Below, piece by piece: positions 46,673 through 62,129 of a stretch of 64,000 bases of DNA. This DNA comes from Tubulanus polymorphus (taxonomy: Eukaryota > Animalia > Nemertea), in the NCBI RefSeq assembly GCF_964204645.1, contig NC_134034.1, positions 2,852,072-2,916,071 of the forward strand, written 5' to 3'. The position numbers were made by a program, and so were the translations under genes. The stretch's first letter is position 1, and every line of letters starts with the position of its first letter. A model generated the notes under the pieces. The model was not told the origin of the DNA. It did not search any database and saw only the letters and a program-made list of their open reading frames with translations.

Positions 46673-47108
46673 CGAAGTGTGAAATGTCTCATGTCTGGTG
46701 TTTGTAGTTCATTTTCTATTAAAAATGTCTCAGGTGAAGCACTGAACACATGTGAAGTGTGGACGATCAGTTTTTGAAAGTGTGCTGATAAAATGTCTAA
46801 TATCTGGTGTTTGTAGTTCATTTTCAATTAAAAATGTCTCAGATGAAGCACTGAACACATGTGAAGTGTGGACGATCAGTTTTTGAAAGTGTGCTGATAA
46901 AATGTCTCATGTCTGGTGTTTGTAGTTCATTTTTCAATTAGAAATGTCTCGGGTGAAGTAATGAACACATGTGAAGTGTGGACGATCAGTTTTTGAAAGT
47001 GCGCTGATAAAATGTCTAATATCTGGTGTTTGTAGTTCATTTTCTACTAAAAATGTCTCAGGTGAAGTGAAGCACTGAACACATGTGAAGTGTGGACGAT
47101 CAGTTTTT
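46673..47108 (+). repeat. Satellite D (duplicated at 50716-51151)
   Basis: ~4 units. Confidence 0.9.
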
Positions 47109-47763
47109 TCGCACTTGCGACTCGTTTCTAGACTAATCGTGTCGAAGTCAAGTGCTGCCTGTACGAGTGGCGCACACGCAAAATTAGATTAACCGGTAGC
47201 TTTTAAACTATTAGCGAAGTCTTAATGACTCTTAACGTCTTTAGCGCTGTCGACTGTTTTATGATCAGGCGCCGAATATGTCGTTCTGATTTGAAATAGA
47301 ATTTTGATGAGTTCAAGCGTTTGAAAAATCTTTTGATTTCTGGCTCGGTATAGTGGGTGGTTAGATCGCCGCCAGTACCGAAAGGGTTAACTCTGATAAC
47401 TGTGGTCGATACCAGTCCGGACCAGTCGTAAATTTTTTTACGACGACACGGACCAATTTTCGCTCAAATTCAGCCGTATAATGAACTAATTACGATATTC
47501 TCGATCGAGAATCTCGCGTATTGCGCATTTCTGCCATTATCGCCTTGTAGCTTCTGGAGACCAGGTTCTCTCGTGTAAATAGATGCCGCATATTGTTTTT
47601 CTCGGTGCGGCGTGTGGCAGCGTTGTGCGCTTGTTTGCTGACCTTTTAAAGAAACTTGTCGCGAAAACCCCGGAAATCATTGTGTTCTGTGATCGGTGAT
47701 TGTGTCACACGAGCCACTTTCTTCTGTATACAAAAACACCACAGTTATTAACCCTTTCTTAAT

Positions 47764-48122
<359 letters not shown>

Positions 48123-48377
48123 AGCCTATCAAATAATTTGCTTTACTTTCCGGGTGATTTATCATTGTTGTGTCGCCATGACGCCCGCTCGCAATCGGGA
48201 TCAGAGCGCCACGTCTGCGCGTGCACGGCTTTTAGTATCGCCATGGGAACCGATATCGCCGAAATATAGCCCTGCGCGGAGAGAATTCCGAAATAACCAC
48301 CGGGGAACCGTCGCCTTTCTGTACCGGCAATCTTATGCGGTTATCATCAGAGGCATCTGTTTTGATTCGACCATGTT

Positions 48378-48497
48378 TTAAAGGTGAAACTATAAGAGTC
48401 GTCAAGGTTCGGTCACAGTTAGCATCGATGTGAATATTCTTCAGACCGAGTTCATCGTAGATGATTAAAATCAGTTGCGTTTATAACACGAGAAAGT
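48378..48497. repeat. Dispersed repeat starting TTAAAGGTGAAACT (other copies at 34445-34517, 42315-42420 reversed, 52423-52542, 60853-60910)
   Basis: Shared atcgatgtgaatattcttca(c/g)accgagttcatcgtagatgatt core. Confidence 0.6.
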
Positions 48498-49992
48498 CAC
48501 GCAGTATCTTGGAGCCATCCCTGGTCTTGTCCATGGCCCGGAGATTGTACGAGATGACCAAATCGTGGAGCCAACCTTTTTCTAGTGAGCGGCTTCAAGA
48601 ACCTCCCCGGAGCTGTCCTTTCTCTAGTCGAGTAAGGGAAGTGGCTACAAGAATCTACAAGTATAGTGGAGCTGTCCATTTATCTACTGGGTGGCTCCAA
48701 GAACGCGCAAACCATGAAGCCATCCATTTCTCTAGTGGATGGCTCCGTCCAGACATGGTTTTGGCGTATTTTCCGAATGTCAAACGTTGAAGCTTTGATT
48801 GCGTGAAATTTCGATGAAAAAAAAATTTCTTTTTCATTATATCGCCCTCTTCATCGGCGTCGACGACGGCTTCAGATTTTTCTCGCGTCGACCGTTTGAT
48901 CGGCTTTTGCTTTCGTGAGGCTTAAAGGCGATTTTCGACCAGCGACGTTTTCAAAGCGCGCGTCATAGACAAGAAAGTATCGGCGGAAAGGGTCGCGACG
49001 CTCTCGACTTCAAACACAATTCGAAAAGCCGTCCGCCCGAGGCGTCACGTCGCGCCGAGCTTCAGATCGCGAATTACGAAGCGGAGACCTCGAATGTAAC
49101 CCCCTCCCTCGTCCGACGAACGACATCGAACGCCGATGCCTCTGATGGCGGTTTGAAAAAATTGTTCGAAGAAAAAAAATTCGCCGTAGACTTCTGAGTG
49201 AAATTATGTCCAATGAGCAGGGTCGTTTAAAGCAGCAGCTCCTCTCCGTCTCTCCTCTCCTCCTTTCTTTCCTCCTCTCTACCTGTTTCCTCATTCACCT
49301 CCATCCCCGTACCCTCTCTTCCACTCTCACTCCACTCCTGTCAGCCTCTCCCATACTTTCCTCCCATTCTTGGCCTTACTATCCCCTTTCCCTCCTGTCT
49401 CCTGCCCTCTCCCTCTTCTCTCCCCCTCCATTCACTCTCCTCCCCTCTTTCCCCTCCCTTCTCCTGCCCTCACTCTCTTCCCTCTCCCTCCCCTCCTACT
49501 CTCCCTATCCCTTCCCTCCTGTCTTCTGCTTTTCCCCCCTCTCCTTTCCTGCTCTCCCATCTCTCCCCTCCCACTCCCCTCTCCTGTTCGCTCCCTTCCC
49601 TTCTGCTCTCTCCCCTGCTCTCCCTCCCTATCCCCTCCCCTCCCGGCTCCTGCTTTTTCCACCTCCCCCTCCTGTTCCCCTCTTGCTCCCCCTCCCTTCT
49701 CCTGCTCTCTTCATCTCTCTCCCCGTATCTTCATCTGCGGGTAAGACAGCGACGGAGACTGTAATTAATAGAAAAAGCTTTTGTTCGCCGCCGCCGCAAA
49801 ATAATAATTACACGGCTAATTTGACATGAAATAAGGGCTGGTCGTATCCATCGGGTTCAATCAACGATTACCGCGCAGCAGACGACACTCGCTCGCCGCA
49901 GTCGGCATCGTACGTAGTTCTTTTCATCGCTTAATAACCGGCGTATCATCATCATCGTAGTAAACCGAACGTGGCTACATAAAAAATCTCGA

Positions 49993-50030
<38 letters not shown>

Positions 50031-51978
50031 CATCTTTTCTATCATCGTCGTCGTCATCCGATCGGATGAGAGCAGTGAGTTTCATCTTTACATCCGACGT
50101 CGACGCGTAATTCGAGATGAATCGGTTGTGGCAAGTGTGGGTCCCCCAGGTGTCGCTAGTGAGCAGTGGGACATCAACTACTGCGGCAATAGAGGATTCC
50201 ACTTGTGGCAAGTGAAGATCCCCCAGGTGTCGCTAGTGTGCAATAGGACATCAACTACTGCAGCAATAGAGGATTCCACTTGTGGCAAGTGAGGATCCAC
50301 CAGGTGTCGCTTATAGCCAAGTAAACCAATGAAAGCTCTGTTGGGCGACAATCGTCCTGAGCCACCGACAACAGTCAGTATCAGTATCCATGGTGACCGG
50401 ATCTAATGGTCTTCATAATCGAGAGATTCTCGTCTTTGCGCAGAAAAATGAAAAAGATTTTTTTAAAGAATTTTTTTGCTCGGCAAATACTTTCGATATT
50501 CAAAAACTTTCCTCAGATTCTATTTACGGAGTTCAGCTTTCCGGGAATGTACGTGTCGATTTGCTCGTTTAAGGAGCATCGAGATGATAAGGAAAAAGGA
50601 GATTTTTTATTGGCGTTTATGCGAAAACATCTTTGATCAGTTGTCGTTTATGCAGGTTTCATTCTGCAGCAGCAGGAATCTGCAGATTTTAACTGGCATT
50701 CATTATATTAATGTGCGAAGTGTGAAATGTCTCATGTCTGGTGTTTGTAGTTCATTTTCTATTAAAAATGTCTCAGGTGAAGCACTGAACACATGTGAAG
50801 TGTGGACGATCAGTTTTTGAAAGTGTGCTGATAAAATGTCTAATATCTGGTGTTTGTAGTTCATTTTCAATTAAAAATGTCTCAGATGAAGCACTGAACA
50901 CATGTGAAGTGTGGACGATCAGTTTTTGAAAGTGTGCTGATAAAATGTCTCATGTCTGGTGTTTGTAGTTCATTTTTCAATTAGAAATGTCTCGGGTGAA
51001 GTAATGAACACATGTGAAGTGTGGACGATCAGTTTTTGAAAGTGCGCTGATAAAATGTCTAATATCTGGTGTTTGTAGTTCATTTTCTACTAAAAATGTC
51101 TCAGGTGAAGTGAAGCACTGAACACATGTGAAGTGTGGACGATCAGTTTTTTCGCACTTGCGACTCGTTTCTAGACTAATCGTGTCGAAGTCAAGTGCTG
51201 CCTGTACGAGTGGCGCACACGCAAAATTAGATTAACCGGTAGCTTTTAAACTATTAGCGAAGTCTTAATGACTCTTAACGTCTTTAGCGCTGTCGACTGT
51301 TTTATGATCAGGCGCCGAATATGTCGTTCTGATTTGAAATAGAATTTTGATGAGTTCAAGCGTTTGAAAAATCTTTTGATTTCTGGCTCGGTATAGTGGG
51401 TGGTTAGATCGCCGCCAGTACCGAAAGGGTTAACTCTGATAACTGTGGTCGATACCAGTCCGGACCAGTCGTAAATTTTTTTACGACGACACGGACCAAT
51501 TTTCGCTCAAATTCAGCCGTATAATGAACTAATTACGATATTCTCGATCGAGAATCTCGCGTATTGCGCATTTCTGCCATTATCGCCTTGTAGCTTCTGG
51601 AGACCAGGTTCTCTCGTGTAAATAGATGCCGCATATTGTTTTTCTCGGTGCGGCGTGTGGCAGCGTTGTGCGCTTGTTTGCTGACCTTTTAAAGAAACTT
51701 GTCGCGAAAACCCCGGAAATCATTGTGTTCTGTGATCGGTGATTGTGTCACACGAGCCACTTTCTTCTGTATACAAAAACACCACAGTTATTAACCCTTT
51801 CTTAATCTCTCCCTCTCCCTCTCCCTCTCCCTCTCCCTCTCCCTCTCCCTCTCCCTCTCCCTCTCCCTCTCCCTCTCCCTCTCCCTCTCCCTCTCCCTCT
51901 CCCTCTCCCTATCACTTTTCTGGATCAAAGAGCAAGAAGTTTATACCTGGAACCATCCATATATATATATATATATAT

Positions 51979-52167
<189 letters not shown>

Positions 52168-54037
52168 AGCCTATCAAATAATTTGCTTTACTTTCCGGGT
52201 GATTTATCATTGTTGTGTCGCCATGACGCCCGCTCGCAATCGGGATCAGAGCGCCACGTCTGCGCGTGCACGGCTTTTAGTATCGCCATGGGAACCGATA
52301 TCGCCGAAATATAGCCCTGCGCGGAGAGAATTCCGAAATAACCACCGGGGAACCGTCGCCTTTCTGTACCGGCAATCTTATGCGGTTATCATCAGAGGCA
52401 TCTGTTTTGATTCGACCATGTTTTAAAGGTGAAACTATAAGAGTCGTCAAGGTTCGGTCACAGTTAGCATCGATGTGAATATTCTTCAGACCGAGTTCAT
52501 CGTAGATGATTAAAATCAGTTGCGTTTATAACACGAGAAAGTCACGCAGTATCTTGGAGCCATCCCTGGTCTTGTCCATGGCCCGGAGATTGTACGAGAT
52601 GACCAAATCGTGGAGCCAACCTTTTTCTAGTGAGCGGCTTCAAGAACCTCCCCGGAGCTGTCCTTTCTCTAGTCGAGTAAGGGAAGTGGCTACAAGAATC
52701 TACAAGTATAGTGGAGCTGTCCATTTATCTACTGGGTGGCTCCAAGAACGCGCAAACCATGAAGCCATCCATTTCTCTAGTGGATGGCTCCGTCCAGACA
52801 TGGTTTTGGCGTATTTTCCGAATGTCAAACGTTGAAGCTTTGATTGCGTGAAATTTCGATGAAAAAAAAATTTCTTTTTCATTATATCGCCCTCTTCATC
52901 GGCGTCGACGACGGCTTCAGATTTTTCTCGCGTCGACCGTTTGATCGGCTTTTGCTTTCGTGAGGCTTAAAGGCGATTTTCGACCAGCGACGTTTTCAAA
53001 GCGCGCGTCATAGACAAGAAAGTATCGGCGGAAAGGGTCGCGACGCTCTCGACTTCAAACACAATTCGAAAAGCCGTCCGCCCGAGGCGTCACGTCGCGC
53101 CGAGCTTCAGATCGCGAATTACGAAGCGGAGACCTCGAATGTAACCCCCTCCCTCGTCCGACGAACGACATCGAACGCCGATGCCTCTGATGGCGGTTTG
53201 AAAAAATTGTTCGAAGAAAAAAAATTCGCCGTAGACTTCTGAGTGAAATTATGTCCAATGAGCAGGGTCGTTTAAAGCAGCAGCTCCTCTCCGTCTCTCC
53301 TCTCCTCCTTTCTTTCCTCCTCTCTACCTGTTTCCTCATTCACCTCCATCCCCGTACCCTCTCTTCCACTCTCACTCCACTCCTGTCAGCCTCTCCCATA
53401 CTTTCCTCCCATTCTTGGCCTTACTATCCCCTTTCCCTCCTGTCTCCTGCCCTCTCCCTCTTCTCTCCCCCTCCATTCACTCTCCTCCCCTCTTTCCCCT
53501 CCCTTCTCCTGCCCTCACTCTCTTCCCTCTCCCTCCCCTCCTACTCTCCCTATCCCTTCCCTCCTGTCTTCTGCTTTTCCCCCCTCTCCTTTCCTGCTCT
53601 CCCATCTCTCCCCTCCCACTCCCCTCTCCTGTTCGCTCCCTTCCCTTCTGCTCTCTCCCCTGCTCTCCCTCCCTATCCCCTCCCCTCCCGGCTCCTGCTT
53701 TTTCCACCTCCCCCTCCTGTTCCCCTCTTGCTCCCCCTCCCTTCTCCTGCTCTCTTCATCTCTCTCCCCGTATCTTCATCTGCGGGTAAGACAGCGACGG
53801 AGACTGTAATTAATAGAAAAAGCTTTTGTTCGCCGCCGCCGCAAAATAATAATTACACGGCTAATTTGACATGAAATAAGGGCTGGTCGTATCCATCGGG
53901 TTCAATCAACGATTACCGCGCAGCAGACGACACTCGCTCGCCGCAGTCGGCATCGTACGTAGTTCTTTTCATCGCTTAATAACCGGCGTATCATCATCAT
54001 CGTAGTAAACCGAACGTGGCTACATAAAAAATCTCGA

Positions 54038-54072
<35 letters not shown>

Positions 54073-54312
54073 CATCTTTTCTATCATCGTCGTCGTCATC
54101 CGATCGGATGAGAGCAGTGAGTTTCATCTTTACATCCGACGTCGACGCGTAATTCGAGATGAATCGGTTGCTATGGTTACGGAAGGTGGGAGAGTGACTC
54201 AGCTAGTCGAGATATCAGAACCAGGGTCTTCTTCTTATTCTTTGTTTTTTAGTTCGATAGCGCGGCGAAAAACTCTCTATTCTTCCCTCTCACCTATCCT
54301 CCTTCGACTAAC

Positions 54313-54852
<540 letters not shown>

Positions 54853-55055
54853 TGCTCTCATGGGTCATGTTTTATTTGAGGATGAATTAAAATCTTTTCT
54901 CGCAAGGACTTCCAATTTTAAAATTGGGGGGGGGGAAATGTGAACCAACCATAGCGCAATGGAATCTCCTATACATGAGTCAGATTCAACGTTATCATGG
55001 CATGAAAATACATTCGCTAGAAAGAAGATGTCTGCCTCCGTAAGTGCCGAATAAT

Positions 55056-56525
55056 TTCATCAAATTACCTACTAGTGATTTGATCTGCCAACCTTTCAAA
55101 AAAGAGGTATATGCCTCTGTACATCCAACTATGACATCATCAAATTACCTACTAGTGATTTGATCTGTTAACCTTTCAAAAAGAGGTATATGCCTCTGTA
55201 TATACAACTATGACATCATCAAATTACCTACTAGTGATTTGATCTGTAGACACTTCAAAAAATATGGCTGCCTCCATAAATCCGCCTATGACATCATCAA
55301 ATCCCCTACTAGCGATTTTATCTACTGACCATTCCTGAGAACTAAGTGACCCCCATGAATCACCCTGTGACATCGTCAAATTACTCGCTAAAGACACTTC
55401 CCGTTTTTTACCGCAAGATGTCCACTTCCGTCAATCCCCGTATGACATCATCAAATTACCTACTAGGGATTTGATCTGCCAACCTTTCAAAAAAGCGGTA
55501 TATGCCTCTGTACATCCAACTATGACATCATCAAATTACCTACTAGTGATTTGATCTGTAGACACTTCAAAAAATATGGCTGCCTCCATAAATCCGCCTA
55601 TGACATCATCAAATCCCGTACTAGCGATTTTATCTACTGACCGGTCCTGAGAACTAAGTGACCCCCATGAATCTCCCTGTGACATCGTCAAATTACTCGC
55701 TAAAGACACTTCCCGTTTTTTACCGCAAGATGTCCACTTCCGTCAATCCCCGTATGACATCATCAAATTACCTACTAGTGATTTGATCTGCCAACCTTTT
55801 AAAATAGAGGTATATGCCTCTGTACATCCAACTATGACATCATCAAATTACCTACTAGTGATTTGATCTATAGACACTTCAAAAAGAGGTATATGCCTCT
55901 GTATATACAACTATGACATCATCAAATTACCTACTAGTGATTTGATCTATAGACACTTCAAAAAGAGGTATATGCCTCTGTATATACAACTATGACATCA
56001 TCAAATTACCTACTAGTGATTTGATCTATAGACACTTCAAAAAATATGGCTGCCTCCATAAATCCGCCTATGACATCATCAAATCCCCTACTAGCGATTT
56101 TATCCACTGACCGTTCCTGAGAACTAAGTGACCCCCATGAATCTCCCTGTGACATCGTCAAATTACTCGCTAAAGACACTTCCCGTTTTTACCGCAAGAT
56201 GTCCACTTCCGTCAATCCCCGTATGACATCATCAAATTGATCTACAGACCCGCCTGGAAAAGATATCTGCCTCTATAAATCCCCCTATGATATCATCGAC
56301 TTATCTATACTATACTGATTTGATCTATAGACGCGTCTAGAAAAGATGGCTGCCTCCATAAATCCACCTATGACATCATCCTACTAGTGATTTTATCTAT
56401 AGGCATTTCTAGAAAAGATAGCTATCCACCTATGACATCATCAAATAACCTACTAGTGATTTTATCTATAGACCGTTCCTGAGAACTAAGTGACCCCCAT
56501 AAATCTCCCTGTGACATCAACAAAT
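55056..56525 (+). repeat. Satellite O, ~76-80-bp units with higher-order blocks
   Basis: TATGACATCATCAAATTACCTACTAGTGATTTGATCT recurs ~19 times. Confidence 0.9.
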
Positions 56526-56900
56526 TGTCTACCGCTCGAATTTAACTTTTCGAAACGTAAAGAAACAAGTTTGTTGGTCGACTGATTTAACGGAGAATGA
56601 GAGATCGTTAGGTTGGAATTAACAAGACAATTCTCGCAGGTCTCTGATAGTGATTCATTTCAATCAATGAATCGTCGTGACTGAATCGGCGTTTTGATTC
56701 GCGCGTTGTTTTCGTCGATCCGTCATCGTTATCGTCGCCATGGCGACGCTGCTGACCCGTAACCGTCGGTTGATAACATTGTTGTATTGCGCGGCGGAAT
56801 TGGTTTTTAAGCGTTTTCCGATTGCGAAGGCGAAGGTCGAAGTCGAGGTCATCGCGGAGGTCGTTAGTCGGAGATCGGGCGCGATTGAATAATTCGGTTA

Positions 56901-57346
56901 TCAAATTAAACCCACACAACTGTGGAACTGGATTCAGAGTCAAATTAAACCCACACAACTGTGGAACTGGATCCAGAGTCAAATTACTCGCACAACTGTG
57001 GAACTGGATCCAGAGTCGAATTGTACCCACACAACTGTGGAACTGGGTCCAGAGTCAAATTAAACCCACACAACTGTGGAACTGGGTTCAGTCAAATTAA
57101 ACCCACACAACTGTGGAACTGGATCCAGAGTCAAATTAAACCCACACAACTGTGGAACTGGGTTCAGTCAAATTAAACCCACACAACTGTGGAACTGGAT
57201 CCAGAGTCAAATTAAACCCACACAACTGTGGAACTGGGTTCAGTCAAATTAAACCCACACAACTGTGGAACTGGATCCAGAGTCAAATTAAACCCACACA
57301 ACTGTGGAACTGGAACCGGAGTTGAATTATACCCACGCAACTGTGG
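56901..57346 (-). repeat. Satellite A
   Basis: Tandem 37/39-bp units. Confidence 0.9.
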
Positions 57347-57716
57347 TAAGTGTGGAATAAGGGTGGGGCGTGGACTGACAGCGTGGTATAGCAGTGTGGA
57401 ATTATACAGTGCGGAATTACGATGTGGAATGTGGATTGATCGATATTTTTTCCAGATCTGTCCGGTCGTGTATCCTGTCGGGAGGATATCATCGGCTCAG
57501 GATCCCGGATACGCTCAAAGCCGATATCCTCCAGAAATCAATTTTCATTTACCTGCCGTCGATTGTGAGTCGTGATTCCTTCGCTGATTCGTCGATTCTT
57601 TTTCCTTCTATTTTTGCCGTGAATGTGTCGTGCGATGTGTCATCAACTGATCATGTGACGTGTTACGGAATGTCATCTGCTGGAATTGAACAATTATTGT
57701 ATTACTCATAGTCGCA

Positions 57717-58128
57717 TCTGTGGGGCTCCCAGGTAATCACTGGGGCTCCCAGCTAATCACTGGGGCTCCCAGCTAATCTGTGGGGCTCCCAGCTCATCAC
57801 TGGGGCTCCCAGGTAATCACTGGGGCCCCCAGCTAATCTGTGGGGCTCCCAGGTAATCACTGGGGCTCTCAGCTAAGCACTGGGGCTCCCAGCTCATCTG
57901 TGGGGCTCCCAGCTCATCACTGGGGCTCCCTGCTCATCTGTAGGGCTCCCAGCTAATCACTGGGGCTCCCAGCTAATCTGTGGGGCTCCCAGGTAATCAC
58001 TGGGGCTCCCAGCTAGTCTATGGGCTCCCAGCTAGTCTATAGGGCTCCCAGCTAGTCTATGGGGCTCCCAACTAGTCTATGGGGCTCCCAGCTCATCAAT
58101 GGGGCTCTCAGCTCATGTGTGGGGCTAC
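57717..58128 (+). repeat. 20-bp minisatellite (TGGGGCTCCCAGCTAATCAC)
   Basis: ~20 units, followed by a ~28-bp C/T-rich repeat to 58300. Confidence 0.9.
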
Positions 58129-58529
58129 CATCTCTAACGCTGCCCCTCTCCGATCTCTAACGCTCCCCCTCTCTTCGATCTCTCTAATGCTCCCCCTCTC
58201 TCTTTGATCTCTCTAACGCCCCCCTCTCTCTCTCTGATCTCTCTAACGCTCCCCCTCTCTCTCTGATCTCTCTAACGCTCCCACTCACTCCCCGATCTCT
58301 CACTCTCTCCGTCTCGCTACCTGTCTCAAGGCATTGGTCATTATTCGTTGCGCAGTGATGGACACGCTTGTATAATTAGTAATTCCCGCCGTTGTCCGGA
58401 AGTGTTTGTCCTGACACCGTCGTGTCGGTCGTAATTAGTACCACCGGCGAGCGCTGGATACGCCCTGCCTGAAATTAGACGGGTTAATCAGATCCATTGG
58501 GGGTTTACACATTTAACAAGCAATCATGT

Positions 58530-58660
<131 letters not shown>

Positions 58661-59576
58661 CCGTGTGCGTATGTGTATACATGCGTACTTTCTTCGCGTC
58701 GGAAGACTCGCGATGAAAATTCTGGACCTGCCCATATATAAGGCCGTGTATCAAAGTTACTTATTCCAGGAACGCGTCTTCAACCCGGGTCCGGCTTCGT
58801 ATAGACTAGCATTAACTTTAACCCGGGGGCTAACTTGACGATTCATTTTCGATTGAGTTGATATCCGGGGGGTTAAAGATAATACCGGTCTTTAAAACCG
58901 GGCTTCCGCGCTCATCTGCGGAGCTCCTACATAATCTGTGGGGCCCTAAACTCAGTTGCTGGGCTCTTAATTCATTTGTGGGGCTCCTAAATTTAGTTGG
59001 CCCAGGTATCAAAGTTATCCCTAGCGATAAATCCTTGAACTGGCCCTGTTATGGAGAGTGTTCTCAAAGCTATCCTTTACGATTAATCCTTAACCTGGGC
59101 CCGATTTTATAGACTCTGGTTATCCATGGGAATAAATCGTCAACCTGTGTCCAGAGTCTTAAAGTTATCCCTATAGGGATAAATCCTTAACCTGGAGCCA
59201 GTTTTATAGGCGGGGCATTATAGTTATCCAGGGGTAAATTCTTAATCGATGTTTTATAAACCTAGTATCAGAATTATCCTTAACCGGGGCCCGGTTTTAT
59301 AGTGCGGGTATCAAAGTTACCCCTTTGGGTTAAAAACTCGACCTAGACCTGCTTTTATATCTATCGGGTAAAAAAGTTATTCCTCGGGTATAGGGTTACG
59401 TAAACTAGTAATCGCCGTGGCTAGTTATCTCGAGAATATATCTGCCTACGACCTCCCCTTTTCGAAAAATCACGACCTTCCCGTTTAGCCGAGTGGCGCG
59501 CTAGAGTTCCGATTGTCATTTTGTCTCGAGATTGAAACGGTAAAAATCCAGTTGTTGCGATCTTCTTACCACGTAT

Positions 59577-60272
59577 CGCTACCGTCTTAAAACGTTTGGT
59601 GGACGTAGCTTCCAATCTGTTGCTGCAACTCTGTGGAACTCTCTCGAACGCAAATATACGGAATATAACTGAAATCAACACTTTCAAACAGAGAGTAAAG
59701 CTAAGCATACATCGACAAAGCGACTGGAGACAACTAGTTGCTAGTCAGCGAGTACCCCGCGCACATCGAAAATTTAGTAAAAACCAGCAACTGCGTGGCT
59801 CATGCCGGTCGCTAGGTCCATAGCGCACACATCGACAGCAACTGAGATGTGGTTTAGCAAATATTCTTGAGGGCATCACAAGTCACGTGACAAATAGCTT
59901 TGTTTTAGTCAGTTACAACCATGTGTTGTTGATTATGGAGCGCTCACATCGACGGATATGAGAGCGACTGAGTACAACTAGTTGCTCAAAAGTAGAACAT
60001 GAGCAACTGGGTGGAACTGGAGATAGATGGACGCTAACCAGTCGTAAGCTCGCTCACATCGACAAATTCGAGCAACTGATTGTATCCAGCCAGTTGCTCT
60101 CATGCGCCGAAAACTGCCTGGCAACTAGTTGTCTCCAATCGCAGTGTCGATGTGCGCTAGGCTTAAAACATTTGCTTTTCCGCAAAGCCTATGCTCGGTG
60201 AATTCAGCACCACTACCTTACAAAGCGCTGGTGAACATTATTATTAGTGAAACAGGCGCTATATAAATGTGA

Positions 60273-60313
<41 letters not shown>
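59577..60313 (+). mobile_element. 3' remnant of an L2-group LINE (ORF2 C-terminus, 3' tail, (ATT)n)
   Basis: With the MITE removed and one frameshift it reads RYRLKTFGGRSFQSVAATLWNSL/NANIRNITEINTFKQRVKHLLFRKAY*, followed by AAAGCGCT...GGCGCTATATAAAT and (ATT)n. This is typical of L2-group ORF2 C-termini and tails. Confidence 0.7.
59699..60163. mobile_element. Same Harbinger-like MITE family, opposite orientation, TAA TSD, inserted in a LINE remnant
   Basis: TAA-AGCTAAGCATACATCGAC ... GTCGATGTGCGCTAGGCT-TAA. The internal sequence is the reverse complement of 12810-13005. Confidence 0.8.
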
Positions 60314-60315
<2 letters not shown>

Positions 60316-60924
60316 AAAAGCTTCTACGTTGATGACCTGTACGAAAACAAAGGGAATAAAATAAGCGGGGAAAAAAAAAATTAGCGCGATCATCTCCACT
60401 TGATGGGTGTCGTTAACGAAAGAAAAAATGAATCGAAAGCTTTTTGTCGGCGTTTATCGACGATTGGTTTCAACCTTTCGTTTTTCTAAGGTTCATTTAC
60501 GGACAAAGCAATCTTTTATGTCGCAGAAAGTGATTGCCGCAACCCACGTGCGTACGTACCCTCGAAAACAAAACACGAAAAACGAGAGTTTATTTACCCG
60601 CGTCGAATGCGTTTGTAAGATCAAGAATCAGATACTCGTTTTAGCTAATTCGCTGGTCGTCTTTATATCGCGTGATTAAGATTATTTATATTTTTCTGCT
60701 GATCGCCGCTATTAGCAAATCTACTCGGCGTAGGACTGATTTTTTTATGGCGTTCGTTGCGCTGTTGAGGCGGCGGTAGGTTTGAAGAAAGTTTCGCGGT
60801 ATCGTTGGTTCGATTTTCTGGTTCAGAATCTATCGTGTGACGGAAGCCTGTTTTAAGGGTGAAACTTTAAGCTCGGTCACGGTTTGTACTCGATGTGAAT
60901 ATTCTTCGAAGCTATCGTTCACCA

Positions 60925-61355
60925 GTGGGTCATCTCCAAGAACGCCTATGGTGCTCAGAGCCATGTAAGTGGGTGGTTCCGAGAATGCCTGAATCATTGT
61001 ATTCCAAATGCGTATTTGTCTATATTGGGTGGCTCGAGGAATACCGAAATCATAATGGATGGCTCCAAGAATACCGAAATCACAGTATTCAGGGTGCATC
61101 CCTTTATCTGGTCGGTGGTTCCAAAAATATCCAAATATGGTATTCAGAGCACATGCGTCTGTCTAGTGGGTGGCTCCAAAAATATTCAAATCATGTTATT
61201 CCTGGGTGGCTCCAAGAATATCCAAATATGGTGTTCGAAGCACACGGGTATGTCTAGTGGGTGGCTCCAAAAATATCCAAATCATGGTATTCAGGGTGTA
61301 TCCCTTTATCTAATGGGTGGCTCCAAAAATATCCAAATCATGGTAATCAGAGCGC
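60925..61355 (+). repeat. Degenerate repeat Q (GGGTGGCTCCAAGAATATCCAAATCATGG); relatives at 9880-10030, 30130-30380, 48500-48760, 52545-52805, 63710-63945
   Basis: Recurrent core motif. Confidence 0.7.
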
Positions 61356-61652
61356 ATGCCCATAGTACGCACTCAGAGACCTTTTGTTTTTGTCGACGGA
61401 TAAGAGCAAACAGCTTTTCCCCGTAAATGGTTATCGCACGTAGAAACCTTATTACGTTTCTGGAAACTCGTTTTTGTTTCTTTAATCTAAAAAAATTGCT
61501 TTCCCGCTCGTCGGCGTAATGTCACCTTCGATAAAGTACATCGTCGATCGCAAATCTTGACGAGGGCAAAAATGAATCGCAATCGGGCGGCAGTTTCACG
61601 TCGTGGACGTTTCTATTTGTAATTCGATGACTGCAGTTTAATCGCTCTCTCC

Positions 61653-61683
<31 letters not shown>

Positions 61684-62129
61684 ATAAGAGAGAGAGAGAG
61701 TAATTTGTGGCGTTGAATAATTTAACGAACTGAATGCGTTACACGAGCTGCTCTAGTCATGCGTCACACGAATTATCGGGATAGATCATCTCCGCGTCTA
61801 ACTACAAGACTCAGGGTTTCCGGCGCTCCTTCCAAGTCCTTCCTAGTCCTTCTTTTGGAAAAAGTTTGCGCAAACATCATCTTTGTCGTTCATTTCGATG
61901 AAAGAGTCATGCCTAATTTGATTTTTATGTATTTTTCATGCGCAATTTGACTGTTGAAGTATTTGATGAGTAAGGCCTGCTTATTCACTTGTCATTAAGA
62001 TTGAATATTTAGGAAAGTGCTATGGAATTACCCTGGATTATTTGGCTGGTCTACGTGACTAGTATTTCGGCAAAAATGCTTCTTTATGGGCCCTCACTTT
62101 ACTGGTATGTACTTCTTTCCGAGTAAAAG

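Noticed and set aside
57456-57564. Candidate next PTPRN2 exon (ttttttccAG ... GTGAGT, open in phase 1)
   Set aside because: The translation NLSGRVSCREDIIGSGSR... does not resemble the expected end of the IA-2 ectodomain (..L...TGL.I...G.G); cannot be excluded without RNA data.
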